The notes below the pieces were generated by a model, which did not search any database, was not told the DNA's origin, and was given only the letters and a program-made list of their open reading frames with translations. A program made the position numbers and the translations under genes. DNA of 37,317 nucleotides from an uncultured bacterium (GTDB taxonomy: Bacteria > Hydrogenedentota > Hydrogenedentia > Hydrogenedentales > JAEUWI01): contig CAXBPH010000036.1 of assembly GCA_963977445.1 (NCBI GenBank), forward strand, positions 1 through 37,317, read 5' to 3'. The stretch's first letter is position 1. The number at the start of each line of letters is the position of its first letter. This document shows positions 9,001 through 16,110 of the stretch, one piece after another.

Positions 9001-11572
9001 CGCCCCGGTTCACCGAAAACTCGCGGGAAATCGCGTCGGTAATCGGCAAGGGATCAGGTGAGCTTTCTGCCCGTACCTCGACGTTCACGAAAATTCCCGC
9101 TGAGCTGCCGTTTCCATCGCTCACTTGCACTTCAAAGGCATCTGTGCCCATAAAACCACTGTCCGGCAGGTAGTCAAACGCGTCTGGGGTCGGCCCCGTG
9201 CCACTGACAGTAGCCGAACCGTTGGAGGCGGCCGATGCAACGAACCAGACTAGTTCGTCCCCGTCCGCGTCGATTGCATCAAGCTCTGGCGCGGGAAAAG
9301 TTTTGCCTTGTTCCATCACGACGGAAATTGGGCTGCTTTGTGTAATCTCGGGCGCATCATTCTGGGCATTTACCGTCACCTGCACCGTGATCGAATCTGT
9401 GAGCAGGCTGGTATCTATCACTTGCACCGTGAAACTGTCCGAACCGTTCGCATTGGGATTGGGGGTATACGTGAACACACCCGGCGAATTTCCCGTGCCC
9501 GAAACCATCGCCGTGCCTTTGTTTGGACTGGTTCCAAGTGACCATGTGAGTTCCTCTCCATCCGGATCGGTCGCGAAAAGTTTTGGCGCGACGAACGCTA
9601 CAGGAAACGAATCTTCGTCTATTTCCGTTGAAATGGCCGCAAGATCGCTGGTTTCCTCGGTTTGAAACGATTGAATTCGGTGATTCCCCAGCTCGGACAC
9701 ATACACGTTTGTGTTCCGCGCCGCGATGCCCCAGGGCCCATCAAATTCTCCATCGCCTGTCCCGATAGTACCCCACGCTTCGACCAACGTACCCGCAGAC
9801 AGGAAACGCTGAATGCGGTGGTTGCCTGAATCGACCACAAACACCGACTCGCCGCTCGTGGCAATCCCATTTGGGCTATCAAACTGGCCCCCCCCACTTC
9901 CGTAACTCCCCCACATGGAAAGAAAGCTTCCGCCGGAATCAAAACGTTGTATGCGATGGTTGCCGGTGTCCGCCACATACACCACCCCGGAGCTGGTCGT
10001 TGCAATACCTACGGGTGAATTAAACTGTCCCGTGCCACTACCCGAACTGCCCCATGTCCCAACGAAGCTACCGTCTGAATCAAATAATTGTATACGGTCA
10101 TTGCCCGTATCGGCCACATATACCGTCCCGCTAGCGTCGACCGCAATGCCCGTTGGACTGTCGAATTCGCCGTGCCCGGCACCTTGCGAACCCCATGTAG
10201 AAATATATGCCCCGTCATTTCCGGTAAACTTCTGGATGCGATTGTTGCCAAAGTCGGTCACATATACCATGCCGGATCCATCAACCGCGACCCCATAAGG
10301 CGCGTCGAAAAGGCCGTTAGCCGTACCTTGCGCTCCCCACGTGAACAAATATTCCCCGTCCGCGTCAAACACTTGTATTCGATCATTTTCCGAATCCACA
10401 ACATATACGGAGTCGTCGCCGCTCACAGCAATGGCAGTCGGGGCATTAAATTCACTCGCACTACTTCCCGGATTCCCCCAAGTCTGCACATGCGTAACCT
10501 CGTGTTCCAAGGCCAAGATCACGGGCGCGCCTGATTCATCTGGTACGTTATCCAGGCCACTTTCCCAAAGACGGGCGGTGTTGTCGTACGATTCCGTCAG
10601 CACCGTGGTTCCGTCGGGGGAGAACGCCGCAGATAGAACTGCGCCGGTGTGTCCACTAAATACACGAATCACGTCGCCCGTGGTTATATTCAGCAGACGT
10701 GCAGTCTTGTCGAGCGATCCCGTCAGAAGCTGCGCGCCATCCGGTGAAAACACAGCGGAGAAAACTCTACTCGTGTGCCCGGTAGAAAAACTTCGAATTA
10801 GTCCCCCTGATTCCACGTCAAGAAGTGCTGCGGTACCGTCGACTAGCCCCCTAATCAGCTGTGTGCCGGCCGGCGAATAGGATATACTAAAAGTAGATCC
10901 ACCAATATCGCGTAGCAATTCACCTGTCGTTACGTTCCAAATGCTGGCAACACTGTCGCCAACGCCGACAACGTGCGTGCCATCCGGCGAAAACTTGGGG
11001 GATCTCCAGACCACGTTATTTTGGAACGTCAGAATATAATCCCCAGTTTCGGCATTCCACAGGCGGGCAGGCGCATCAGTCCCCGTGAATATTTTCGACC
11101 CGTCCGGCGAATAAGCGACGGTAAGTGCACCACCGGTATGCCCGGTTAATGTATGTACAACGGCCCCCGTCTCGACATTCCAAACCCGTACGGTTTCATC
11201 TCCCGATGCGGTTAGGATATGGAGGCCGTCTGGAGCGTAAGCCACAGACCGAACGCTGCCGGTATGTCCCGAAAAGGTGCGGACTAGATTCCCGGTTGAC
11301 GCGTCCCAAAGCTTTGCGGTATTTCCGGATCCTGTCGTGAGGATGTATCTGCCGTCGGGCGAAAACGTCGCTGTGTCGACAGGGCCGTCCGTCGTGAAAG
11401 TGAGTAACGACTCAGTGATTACTTCCTGAGCGCTGGTCTGAAATCCGACCAGAGCCGCCATTACCCAAGTAGCGATAGCCAAGTGCGCGCACAGCCATCG
11501 AATAGACGTGGATAGCCCCGAGGCGATGCGCACCCACGCTATGGCGGTATGTAGTTTTCCGTCGACGTTCAT
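1..11572 (-). CDS. Giant secreted multidomain surface protein (>3857 aa, 3' end beyond window): signal peptide, WD40 repeats (~11400-10560), NHL repeats (~10480-9660), Ig/cadherin-like domains, 21-aa repeats, CARDB domains, PA14-like domain, putative Ig domain, Asp-rich TSP3-like Ca-binding repeats (~1520-1100), beta-helix-like region, EG linker
   Basis: ATG at 11572 with GGAAAGG RBS. Manual translation starts MNVDGKLHT...WVMAALVGFQTSAQE then FSPDGRYILT...AKLWDASTG...GHTGSVRSVAYAPDG (WD40). The same frame reads sensibly at spot checks (~9000, ~4000) and gives EGEGEG at 1-60. It is absent from the ORF track, as expected if it has no stop inside the window. Not every codon was checked. Confidence 0.9.
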   Translation of the reverse strand, partial: MNVDGKLHTAIAWVRIASGLSTSIRWLCAHLAIATWVMAALVGFQTSAQEVITESLLTFTTDGPVDTATFSPDGRYILTTGSGNTAKLWDASTGNLVRTFSGHTGSVRSVAYAPDGLHILTASGDETVRVWNVETGAVVHTLTGHTGGALTVAYSPDGSKIFTGTDAPARLWNAETGDYILTFQNNVVWRSPKFSPDGTHVVGVGDSVASIWNVTTGELLRDIGGSTFSISYSPAGTQLIRGLVDGTAALLDVESGGLIRSFSTGHTSRVFSAVFSPDGAQLLTGSLDKTARLLNITTGDVIRVFSGHTGAVLSAAFSPDGTTVLTESYDNTARLWESGLDNVPDESGAPVILALEHEVTHVQTWGNPGSSASEFNAPTAIAVSGDDSVYVVDSENDRIQVFDADGEYLFTWGAQGTANGLFDAPYGVAVDGSGMVYVTDFGNNRIQKFTGNDGAYISTWGSQGAGHGEFDSPTGIAVDASGTVYVADTGNDRIQLFDSDGSFVGTWGSSGSGTGQFNSPVGIATTSSGVVYVADTGNHRIQRFDSGGSFLSMWGSYGSGGGQFDSPNGIATSGESVFVVDSGNHRIQRFLSAGTLVEAWGTIGTGDGEFDGPWGIAARNTNVYVSELGNHRIQSFQTEETSDLAAISTEIDEDSFPVAFVAPKLFATDPDGEELTWSLGTSPNKGTAMVSGTGNSPGVFTYTPNPNANGSDSFTVQVIDTSLLTDSITVQVTVNAQNDAPEITQSSPISVVMEQGKTFPAPELDAIDADGDELVWFVASAASNGSATVSGTGPTPDAFDYLPDSGFMGTDAFEVQVSDGNGSSAGIFVNVEVRAESSPDPLPITDAISREFSVNRGDPTAVIPSVDAISREFSVNRGDPTAVIPSVDAISREFSVNKGDPDSEIPYVDAVSREFSVYQPQPDLQVISLDAPERGGIGDTISIDWEVRNVGNGVAAATWMDCLYLSTDAVLGNDVALACRLGEAPLDVLTTYAGTAEVVLPALAPGTYWILLAIDAEYAVKEDDEQNNWMSFGPVEILPALTRSSDAVTTLVPSFSGDGIGLEIFLGIGGGVAPHPDNLEGREPDGSFFAPYLDFPNPGSTVTISSSFNEFFASTATAPDAVQELQPQQFILRSQGLLRITEDLDTDLDTPEIDLEIGVGSDDGYYLEVGNHFLGMTGDRGFSYSWHKMRFEGEGLYPLDLLFAANASGYSGLELAWRVAAGESLIAQDDLFQSAPGCDTLVQFDEFENGTVLTDELADKGLILTTISGQPQVTETRPGEFVPVSGTRVFADPRVDPVEEVVVELRFVEPGTANNGVADHFSCYVIDAEETGATATVYNSIGDVLEIRNFHLGGASQEFAEFDHPKMNRIVFNLGQGTDTAALDNLCFSTPISYAIADLVVESIQMEDSFPAGSEILVAWTVRNYGIESAPGPWSDRIYLSNDERLDENDHLLDVEAALEIPLASGASYDLSRLTEVPINYPPGDAYFLVEADGEKELLEGEERNNVTASLVHIQQPQLPNLRVTSIETTSEGPVDGEFIVAWDLINDGDAPATVAWNTRIYAVVEGSEERTLLSESVFDEGLAAGTSLPQTATTVIPALLDDRFAVEVCIDADDSVYEVTEQDNCATSDGVVTILRPDLTTSGIGAAASIGTGASVQVSWTVTNTGSATARPAWNDVVYLSDDATVGGDRALYSRQRTDVVPIGSAYERAESVTIPLDVAAGNYWLYVVADSENVLQEETEGNNTSGLRSIAITTTIPPQIAPMGNASATAGETYTSGAPTLVSGTQPLAWSLVSGPSGMVIDNSTGVIQWPNAVPVLDSYTIAIRAENVAGSDQTSFQLSVPSPYTATVSADVESAPAGTPVLLRGDAFLPGSGGSPAAHVPVEIRVVKQGVISTRRTLTAYSGSDGKFSAVFTPGAKEGGVFEVSAHHPGVTEERVDDTFRLYGMAFAPNQAQVHLKPGIIAEGELYLRNLSDAPVTEIAMTIDGPSSLNVKFVDPPTALSANDVSVFHYRVSVADDSDRNLSTLIRATAGDVVAEFRLEAEVQSAAPEVTFAPSALLRGLVRGAQTFAEFTVTNTGGASTGSLDVLLPSVQLAGGDPSLPPWIVLVTPKKLPPLAPSESISVSLAITPRPEMLLGEYKGAVRLTDHDTVVRDIDFEFRVVSGELGDLFVRVTDEHTYWSEEGQYRTDGPLVEGALLQLFDPTDEATVLYEQNAATAAKADNDLAPGTARFTDIPSGDYLLRAGAPGSQSTTELVHIEPGTTTEFDAFIPKETVTYTWDVRETTVNEINLVTLDVGFETHVPFPVVTVDPPLIDLSQIDQDVTVIDFEITNHGLINVDNVAMIFDDHPVWKIVPVVENLGTLTALTTVVVPVVITRVESGDSQNKGGGGGLCDLGARVTHTVFCGVDRNYAVPIPIHNIGYNCPGGQGGLGGCSFYGTCPTANTGPGAVFGPRPAVSGGLKCDPCDPENPLKFCRDFSGLLEGVVAPAQEALNTLGAGIVEFDVSASLEGCIEECCEPGGSGYQLVAQGDGEIEASVILGGKSFSLPQFSWTLPASTFGDYSGNASVKINSGSATLAGLKTTGNIGVSGRLESGCTGEPSFSAMVSGHYEARSGVWGEAGITATLLGQTIFNGQLALDGSAVLGLGASYSYANGKGSGEITSDGLCVNASLKGSLNGKEIVLGMPEKWCPIPGATIKLGGDKGGAYQRIDLDEYVLSGLPTSVSQYKMSPKTSQKSGEEEGACVFVRLQLEQEVALTRQAFTARIAMENPDGVTAVEMLLVSVDVVDEDGLSANDRFVIGFPELQGITATDGSGTLAPATSGSAEWLIMPLPEAAAEGPEVYYVSGIISFVHGDRTELAPLSSTPITVRPSPRLALDYFWERDVYGDDPFTEIVEPSLPFTVGLLVKNNGAGLASNLSVKSSQPRIIENKRGLVIDFALIGSQVNDEAATPALSVALGDLAPDASTVVQWFLTSSLQGRFVEYDASYAYKGPLGDSRLSSIESLGIHELAHTVRIDVPSDDGKPDFLANETFVFNDLPDLLYGSDGSLALVRSVESGVFASAMKADSKTFSLTAAMPAGWTYLRIEDPTGGDYRVSRVTRSDGKEIRVGENAWTTHRVYRPAGESAEPQHRFHLLDFDGTGSYTVTFDEIEGPDLEVSPASLLLGAQSIDGGPTPPQELTLTNSGTEPVLFRDPAFSFEGKGSEVFGFSAAVSREPLAPGATRILPVVFDPDKVGARLVKLLISSNDPLQPIIGVNVSGTGYVTSGAAPRIVTNGGVDFRIGISPFPIWGYAAADATSVRLGGTPVNFSQATSTWSLDATLLPGVNVFTFDSLIAGGATSPSATIQIYYDPSNDLDGDGLLDSEEGVADYDNDGLPNYEDGDSDNDQLSDRFEHTYGFDPYRDEGLADADPDQDQLSNRRESALGTDPGDPDSDGDGLPDGWEADACLLPTVADGHLDHDSDSHTNLREYEMGTNPCDPLDPPLALYVSPDGSDFFGSGTYEDPLGSIYFAMSRAKRIVSEAYPMTIVLLGGDFKENVVVANYVELVGSDGEISRILSPVSQGGNDATGSAVVTMEAETQLKNLSIVANGKAPGIRIAGDNVTILDCVVTGSNMSQTGLYVDLGLEGPVYLTSSVIESFLTAIETGGASIWISTTTFRDMDGDAIVVRPSGNTKSAGLGPILGSFEDLDVAGANRFRNVAGRFVRNESSISVDAPYNDWGSAFIGDIEANIIGGVAVEPFIAERVELPAVVVQLWDGRLSSDVLDASNPIVRIEASGQMGVRDSESKLFILNDVEIGNQRIVTTSDAHLENDVTVHVLDSGLVATRVLLSPVNSGEGEGEGEGEGEGEGEGEGE
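8820..9040 (-). repeat. Four intragenic 63-bp (21-aa) repeats, core DA[IV]SREFSV[NY]
   Basis: Translation: PITDAISREFSVNRGD-PTAVIPSVDAISREFSVNRGD-PTAVIPSVDAISREFSVNKGD-PDSEIPYVDAVSREFSVY. Confidence 0.9.
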
Positions 11573-11655
11573 CCCTGGACCTTTCCGTGATACGATTTCC
11601 CGCTGCAGCAATGCCTTGTCACGCGCCGCCGGTATCCAGGCGGCAACCCGCGCGA

Positions 11656-12885
11656 CTACGGCAATACCGCGTGCACCTGAATCGTGGAAAAGCCCCCGGC
11701 CACCGCAATCTCGGCGTTCCAGAAAGTTTCGTTGCCCGCGCTGCCGGCAAAGTCCGCGGCGATTATCTCTTCGACACCAGAAAGTCGGACGACCCGTGCG
11801 TTGACCGTGCTTCCTTCCGGGACGAATTCCGCTGTGATCGCCAGGGTTACGGTATCTTCATCGTCCACGCCAACCAAAGCCACGTCCTGCAGGGGGTACG
11901 ATTTGGGATCGGTGGGCACCGTCTGACCGTTCAATACCATTGCGGAAATAGTGGGGACCTCATCCGCAGGCTCCCGAAAGATACGCGGCGGCGCGGTGGG
12001 CACGCCCGTCGAGTGGAGATGGGCTGCGGTGAGGGTGATGGTATTGGCTTCAACGCGGACGCGACCCAAGCCACCAGCGTTGCCGCCAGCTACACTGATC
12101 GACCCAGAACCATCAACCGTTTCGGCGACTATTCGAACCGCCCCTCCACTTCCTCCGATTCGGTAATAACCTGCGGCCCCCCCTGTAGCGCTTATCACGC
12201 CATTTAGTGTCAAGGTACCACCCAACGCAATCAATATCGCTCCGCCTCCAGCTCCCCCGCCCTCACCGTAAATCTGACCAGCCCCACCCGATCCGCCTAT
12301 CAGTGGAAAAATACCCTCGTTGCCATAAACGCTTCCCGCACTCCCGGAACCACTAGTTCCATAACTTCCATGCGAGTTGGGATAACCGCCACCACCGGGT
12401 CCCATTCCTGCGGACCCCAGGATGCCCGAACCAGGCGCACGCCCACCACGAAAACCACCGGGGCCAGGTTCCGAAAAGAGCATGGTGCCGCCTTGCCCGT
12501 CTAGTCTCAGCGTACCTGCAATAACCACGTCTCCCTGCACCAGCCAGATCACGGGTGCGCGGGATGGATGGTTCTTGAAGGTCACCGTCCTCCCCCCGGC
12601 AATCGTCACGGACGTGTAACGAAAGATGACGGCCCACTGGTCGGGGTCGTAGACCCCTTCTCCGGTGGAATTGGTCGTATCCCATTGCCCGGTGACGGCC
12701 TGGGACAGGTCCACTTCAATATTGCTGCTCGGATCGAAGGCACCGTCCTGTCCGTTGGCGCCGGGGATCGTTATCTGGGCATTCGCCGCGCCTGCGATTA
12801 GTAGGACGAACACCGCAAGATGAATTCCTATCGGATTGCAGACTCGCTTCAGTGGATTGTAGTATCGACTCGAGGACGAATGCAT
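11656..12885 (-). CDS. Secreted Gly-rich hypothetical protein (~409 aa)
   Basis: ORF track 11656..12927; ATG at 12885 preferred because of the AGGGAG RBS. Signal peptide LAVFVLLIAGAANA-Q; GGSGG/GGGAGGG motifs. Confidence 0.85.
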   Translation of the reverse strand: MHSSSSRYYNPLKRVCNPIGIHLAVFVLLIAGAANAQITIPGANGQDGAFDPSSNIEVDLSQAVTGQWDTTNSTGEGVYDPDQWAVIFRYTSVTIAGGRTVTFKNHPSRAPVIWLVQGDVVIAGTLRLDGQGGTMLFSEPGPGGFRGGRAPGSGILGSAGMGPGGGGYPNSHGSYGTSGSGSAGSVYGNEGIFPLIGGSGGAGQIYGEGGGAGGGAILIALGGTLTLNGVISATGGAAGYYRIGGSGGAVRIVAETVDGSGSISVAGGNAGGLGRVRVEANTITLTAAHLHSTGVPTAPPRIFREPADEVPTISAMVLNGQTVPTDPKSYPLQDVALVGVDDEDTVTLAITAEFVPEGSTVNARVVRLSGVEEIIAADFAGSAGNETFWNAEIAVAGGFSTIQVHAVLP

Positions 12886-13109
12886 TGCTGAATGCTCCCT
12901 TGTGTGCTGTGCCGGAACCTCTGGCACGCGTACGATCCATTATTTAACCGATTTGGCGAAGGGGTACGCTCAAGCCTTGAGCATAACCGTGTTCAACGCG
13001 TTTCCCCATTTCGTTCGTCTACGTAGAGAAATCTGTGGCCGCGAGACAGCCGGACCCGTGGAGATGCCCTACGATAGACGAATTGGTTTAAGATTGCGGA
13101 AAATAGTTA

Positions 13110-13126
13110 CGCAAGAACGTTGCCAA
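13110..13126 (-). promoter_or_regulatory. sigma54 (-24/-12) promoter for the secreted-protein operon
   Basis: Minus strand TTGGCAACGTTCTTGCG matches TGGC-N7-TTGC with exact spacing, ~225 nt upstream of the 12885 start. Confidence 0.65.
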
Positions 13127-13563
13127 TAGACACTTTTTCGAAGAGTATTTTATTCTGGGTCAATCCCCACAAGGATCAGCGAGGAAGTTTGGTGCAACAT
13201 CGTACGCGTAACACCTTAATTCAAAGCCTGTTACAGTAGTCTTTCCAATGGGGCGTTGCGCGCCATTGTCATGATTCAGCCTGCTACGTCCGCAGGCGTT
13301 GGAAACCCCCAAAAGCCGTTTGCACTCCATACGGGTGTGCGTTCGAAGAGTTTGAGTGTCGCACTTGTCGCAGGATCGCACGCCTGTTGTGTTCGATCCG
13401 TATACATTAGGCATTTGAGCGGCAGGTTAAGGAAAGTGGTTTACTGCGATTATCCGTCATAGAAGCGGAGCGACAACACCCCCCAGTCCGCTCGCACCGT
13501 CGGATACGCTATCGTGGCCTGAGCGCGTGTGCCTATGCGCGCTGGCCAATGTATAGATAAATC

Positions 13564-13604
13564 TTGCTATGCACACTAAAATATGTTAATTTAGCGTGTG
13601 ATAG
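13564..13604 (+). promoter_or_regulatory. Candidate sigma70 promoter overlapped by an imperfect inverted repeat (possible autorepression operator)
   Basis: TTGCTA-N17-TAATTT; arms CTATGCACACTAAA / TTTAGCGTGTGATAG. Confidence 0.35.
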
Positions 13605-13626
13605 TAACTTTAGTTTGGTGGCAGCA

Positions 13627-14616
13627 ATGAGCCCGATTGACGACCTAAAAAAATACGTTGATGAAATCACGGGCACCTCCCCCGTTATACAGCCTGTGGC
13701 GAAGAGCGCCCTGGCCACGCTTCCGTTGTACCTCACCAGCCAGTTCGACATCCGGCAACTGTATCTCTTTGGCGAACCCCTCCTGATAGCCCTGATCGAT
13801 GCCCACACCAAGCCGGACCTGGCGAAGCTCGCCCGGCAACGCGAATCCATAGAGGAAAAACTGGGCGCATCCGTTGTGCTCGTTATTCCTCAGCTCAAGT
13901 CTTACGAGCGCAAGCGCCTTATCCAGAAGCAGATTCCCTTCATTGTGCCGGGGCGGCAAATGTATCTGCCCATGTTGTTGACGGATCTGCGCGAGTCCTT
14001 TCCTGCCCGCGTAGATGCGACGGCGACGACCATGAGTTGGGTGGCACAGGTCATCGTGTTAAGGCACCTCATTTTTCACGATGTGATAGAACGGCCACTC
14101 TCGCATATTGCCACCATGCTCGGATATACCCCCATGGCGATATCCCAAGCCGTGGACGCGCTGGTCGCACTGCAACTGTGCGAACGGGTTCGGCTGGGGC
14201 GTGAGAAAAGAATTTATTTTCATTCAGCGCCGGATAAGCTCTGGCGCATGGCCCGGCCTTACCTGCGCGCACCGGTAAAAAAGTCGGTGCTTGCATGCAA
14301 ACTGGGCAATCGACTGGAACAGGCGCTGCGGGCAGGCCTGCCCGCGCTTGCGGACCTGACGGATATAGCATCGACCGAAAAACTTACCATTGCGCTGAGC
14401 GAATCGGAATTCCGCACGGCTCTGGAAGAAGGAGCAATTGAAATCTGTCCTTTGGAAGAAGACGCCTTGGCCGTAGTGCAGGTCTGGGCTTATACGCCCA
14501 AGGTACTTACCATCGGCCGGGCGGTCGACCCATTGTCACTCTATCTCTGTTTCCAGGATGATCAGGATGAACGGGTACAAACGGCCTTGGAGCAACTCTT
14601 GGAGTTAGTAGAATGA
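13627..14616 (+). CDS. wHTH (MarR-like/AbiEi-like) protein, putative antitoxin of a type IV-like TA pair
   Basis: ATG at 13627 (329 aa). Motifs RKRLIQKQIPFIVPGRQMYLP, HTH LSHIATMLGYTPMAISQAVDAL, C-terminal VDPLSLYL...DERVQ. ATGA overlap with the nucleotidyltransferase gene. Confidence 0.75.
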   Translation: MSPIDDLKKYVDEITGTSPVIQPVAKSALATLPLYLTSQFDIRQLYLFGEPLLIALIDAHTKPDLAKLARQRESIEEKLGASVVLVIPQLKSYERKRLIQKQIPFIVPGRQMYLPMLLTDLRESFPARVDATATTMSWVAQVIVLRHLIFHDVIERPLSHIATMLGYTPMAISQAVDALVALQLCERVRLGREKRIYFHSAPDKLWRMARPYLRAPVKKSVLACKLGNRLEQALRAGLPALADLTDIASTEKLTIALSESEFRTALEEGAIEICPLEEDALAVVQVWAYTPKVLTIGRAVDPLSLYLCFQDDQDERVQTALEQLLELVE

Positions 14617-15386
14617 TCAACGGTCTGGAACGTTTCCGTGATCACTTCAGCGGGTACGTGGAGCACTTCGTACTGATCGGTGGCGTGGCGGCCATGCAGT
14701 GGCTGGATGACGCGGACCTGAGTCCACGGGCTACGAAAGACTTCGATCTGGTATTGCTTGTCGAACGCCTCAACGATCAATTTCTCAATCACTTTTGGGA
14801 TTTCGTCAAGGCCGGCGCATACGACAATCTGAATAAGAGCACGGGGGAGAGGGTGTACTATCGCTTCACGGCACCCCTTGCTGATTATCCATCGATGCTT
14901 GAGATATTCTCTCGCGCGCCCGAGGCCCTCCAACTTTGGGACGACCCAAAAATAGTTCCGATACCCGCAAATGAAGACGCATCGAGCCTGTCCGCGATCC
15001 TCATGGACGAGGACTACTATGGCGTCGTACGAGACAATAGGCGAGAACACGAGGGATTGCCGTTATTGTCACCCCAAGGGCTTATCCTGCTCAAGGCCAG
15101 GGCATTCCTTGACCTCAGCAGCCGGCGAGCGAACGGTGCGCAGGTGGATGAGAAACAAATTAAGAAGCACCGCAACGATGTGTTCAAGCTTGCGTTGCTC
15201 CTGACGGCCGATCAACGGATGCTGATACCTAGCTCAGTTCATGCAGACTTACAGGCGTTTCTGGACACCTTTCCCGAGGCAGCGCCAGCGTGGGGGAGTA
15301 TTCGCCAGGCGTCCGGTTTGCGTGGAAACCAGATGAATCCCGCAACCGTTCTGCGAGTTCTCGCCGATGAGTTTCAGGGGGCCTGA
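14613..15386 (+). CDS. Pol-beta-fold nucleotidyltransferase (AbiEii-like putative toxin)
   Basis: LIGGVA...RATKDFD (GG...DxD motif), LILLKARA, KHRNDV; translationally coupled to the upstream gene. Confidence 0.8.
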   Translation: MINGLERFRDHFSGYVEHFVLIGGVAAMQWLDDADLSPRATKDFDLVLLVERLNDQFLNHFWDFVKAGAYDNLNKSTGERVYYRFTAPLADYPSMLEIFSRAPEALQLWDDPKIVPIPANEDASSLSAILMDEDYYGVVRDNRREHEGLPLLSPQGLILLKARAFLDLSSRRANGAQVDEKQIKKHRNDVFKLALLLTADQRMLIPSSVHADLQAFLDTFPEAAPAWGSIRQASGLRGNQMNPATVLRVLADEFQGA

Positions 15387-15409
15387 TTAATTGGGTTGAC
15401 CAAGTGAAT

Positions 15410-15429
15410 AACTTCGGACGTCCGAAGTT
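15410..15429. repeat. Palindrome copy 1, AACTTCGGACGTCCGAAGTT
   Basis: Perfect 20-bp palindrome, 23 bp after the toxin stop. Confidence 0.95.
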
Positions 15430-15624
15430 GTTTATCCGGCGTGGGGGAGTACGCTCCATGATTTTCGGTACGGCCCACCCGACGCCCGTGTCTTTTGCGC
15501 TGAAGGGAAGCTTTGCGCGGTACGATGTGCCGAAGTAACGGATGATTCTCGTAGATGCCAAAAGACTCTCGAACGGGGCCTCCCAACCGAATTCTAAAAG
15601 CAATCACTCCGGTAGCAGCCATTC

Positions 15625-15650
15625 GAAAACTTCGGACGTCCGAAGTTTTC
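15625..15650. repeat. Palindrome copy 2, GAAAACTTCGGACGTCCGAAGTTTTC
   Basis: Perfect 26-bp palindrome. Confidence 0.95.
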
Positions 15651-16082
15651 TGATCGGAGTGGGGGAGATCCCCCGAGGCTTTTGTATGTCGGTGACAATC
15701 GGCGACCGCCTCCATAGTCATCGCTCGTCGGATTCAAGATACGTGTCAGCCGTTGTCTCTTGCACAATCTTCCGTATTGTTTGAGATTGGTTCCAGCAGG
15801 CGCAACCGCGATTTGCGAAGATCTTGGTCAGCCTCAAGTATTTGGGTTTGCGACGATCGATCCCAAAAGTTTTGCTGTCGTTGTGGGGCGCTGGCCAATA
15901 TCGTAACGCGAAGCTGTTTTCAACGTCGTTCGGTAGTCAATCGGTCACGGCACGAACCACGTTGACCGCCTGTGCATACGTCCTGGGAATTTACATGCAA
16001 TTGCTGTAGCGGAGCGGCAGAGCACTGCGGGTCCAGTGCCGCGGAGAGGCTAAAGTGGGGGATCAATACCGTCCTCTCGTCA

Positions 16083-16110
16083 ACGTCTGATAATCTATCT
16101 TATGTTGCTT
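16083..16110 (+). other. dif-like XerC/XerD recombination site
   Basis: ACGTCTGATAA-TCTATC-TTATGTTGCTT has the 11-6-11 layout with ATAA/TTAT inner inverted core and TTATGTT XerD arm (cf. E. coli GGTGCGCATAA-TGTATA-TTATGTTAAAT); AT-rich intergenic context. Confidence 0.5.

Noticed and set aside
189..11340. Numerous short ORFs in the track
   Set aside because: They are antisense or out-of-frame shadows of the giant minus-strand CDS.
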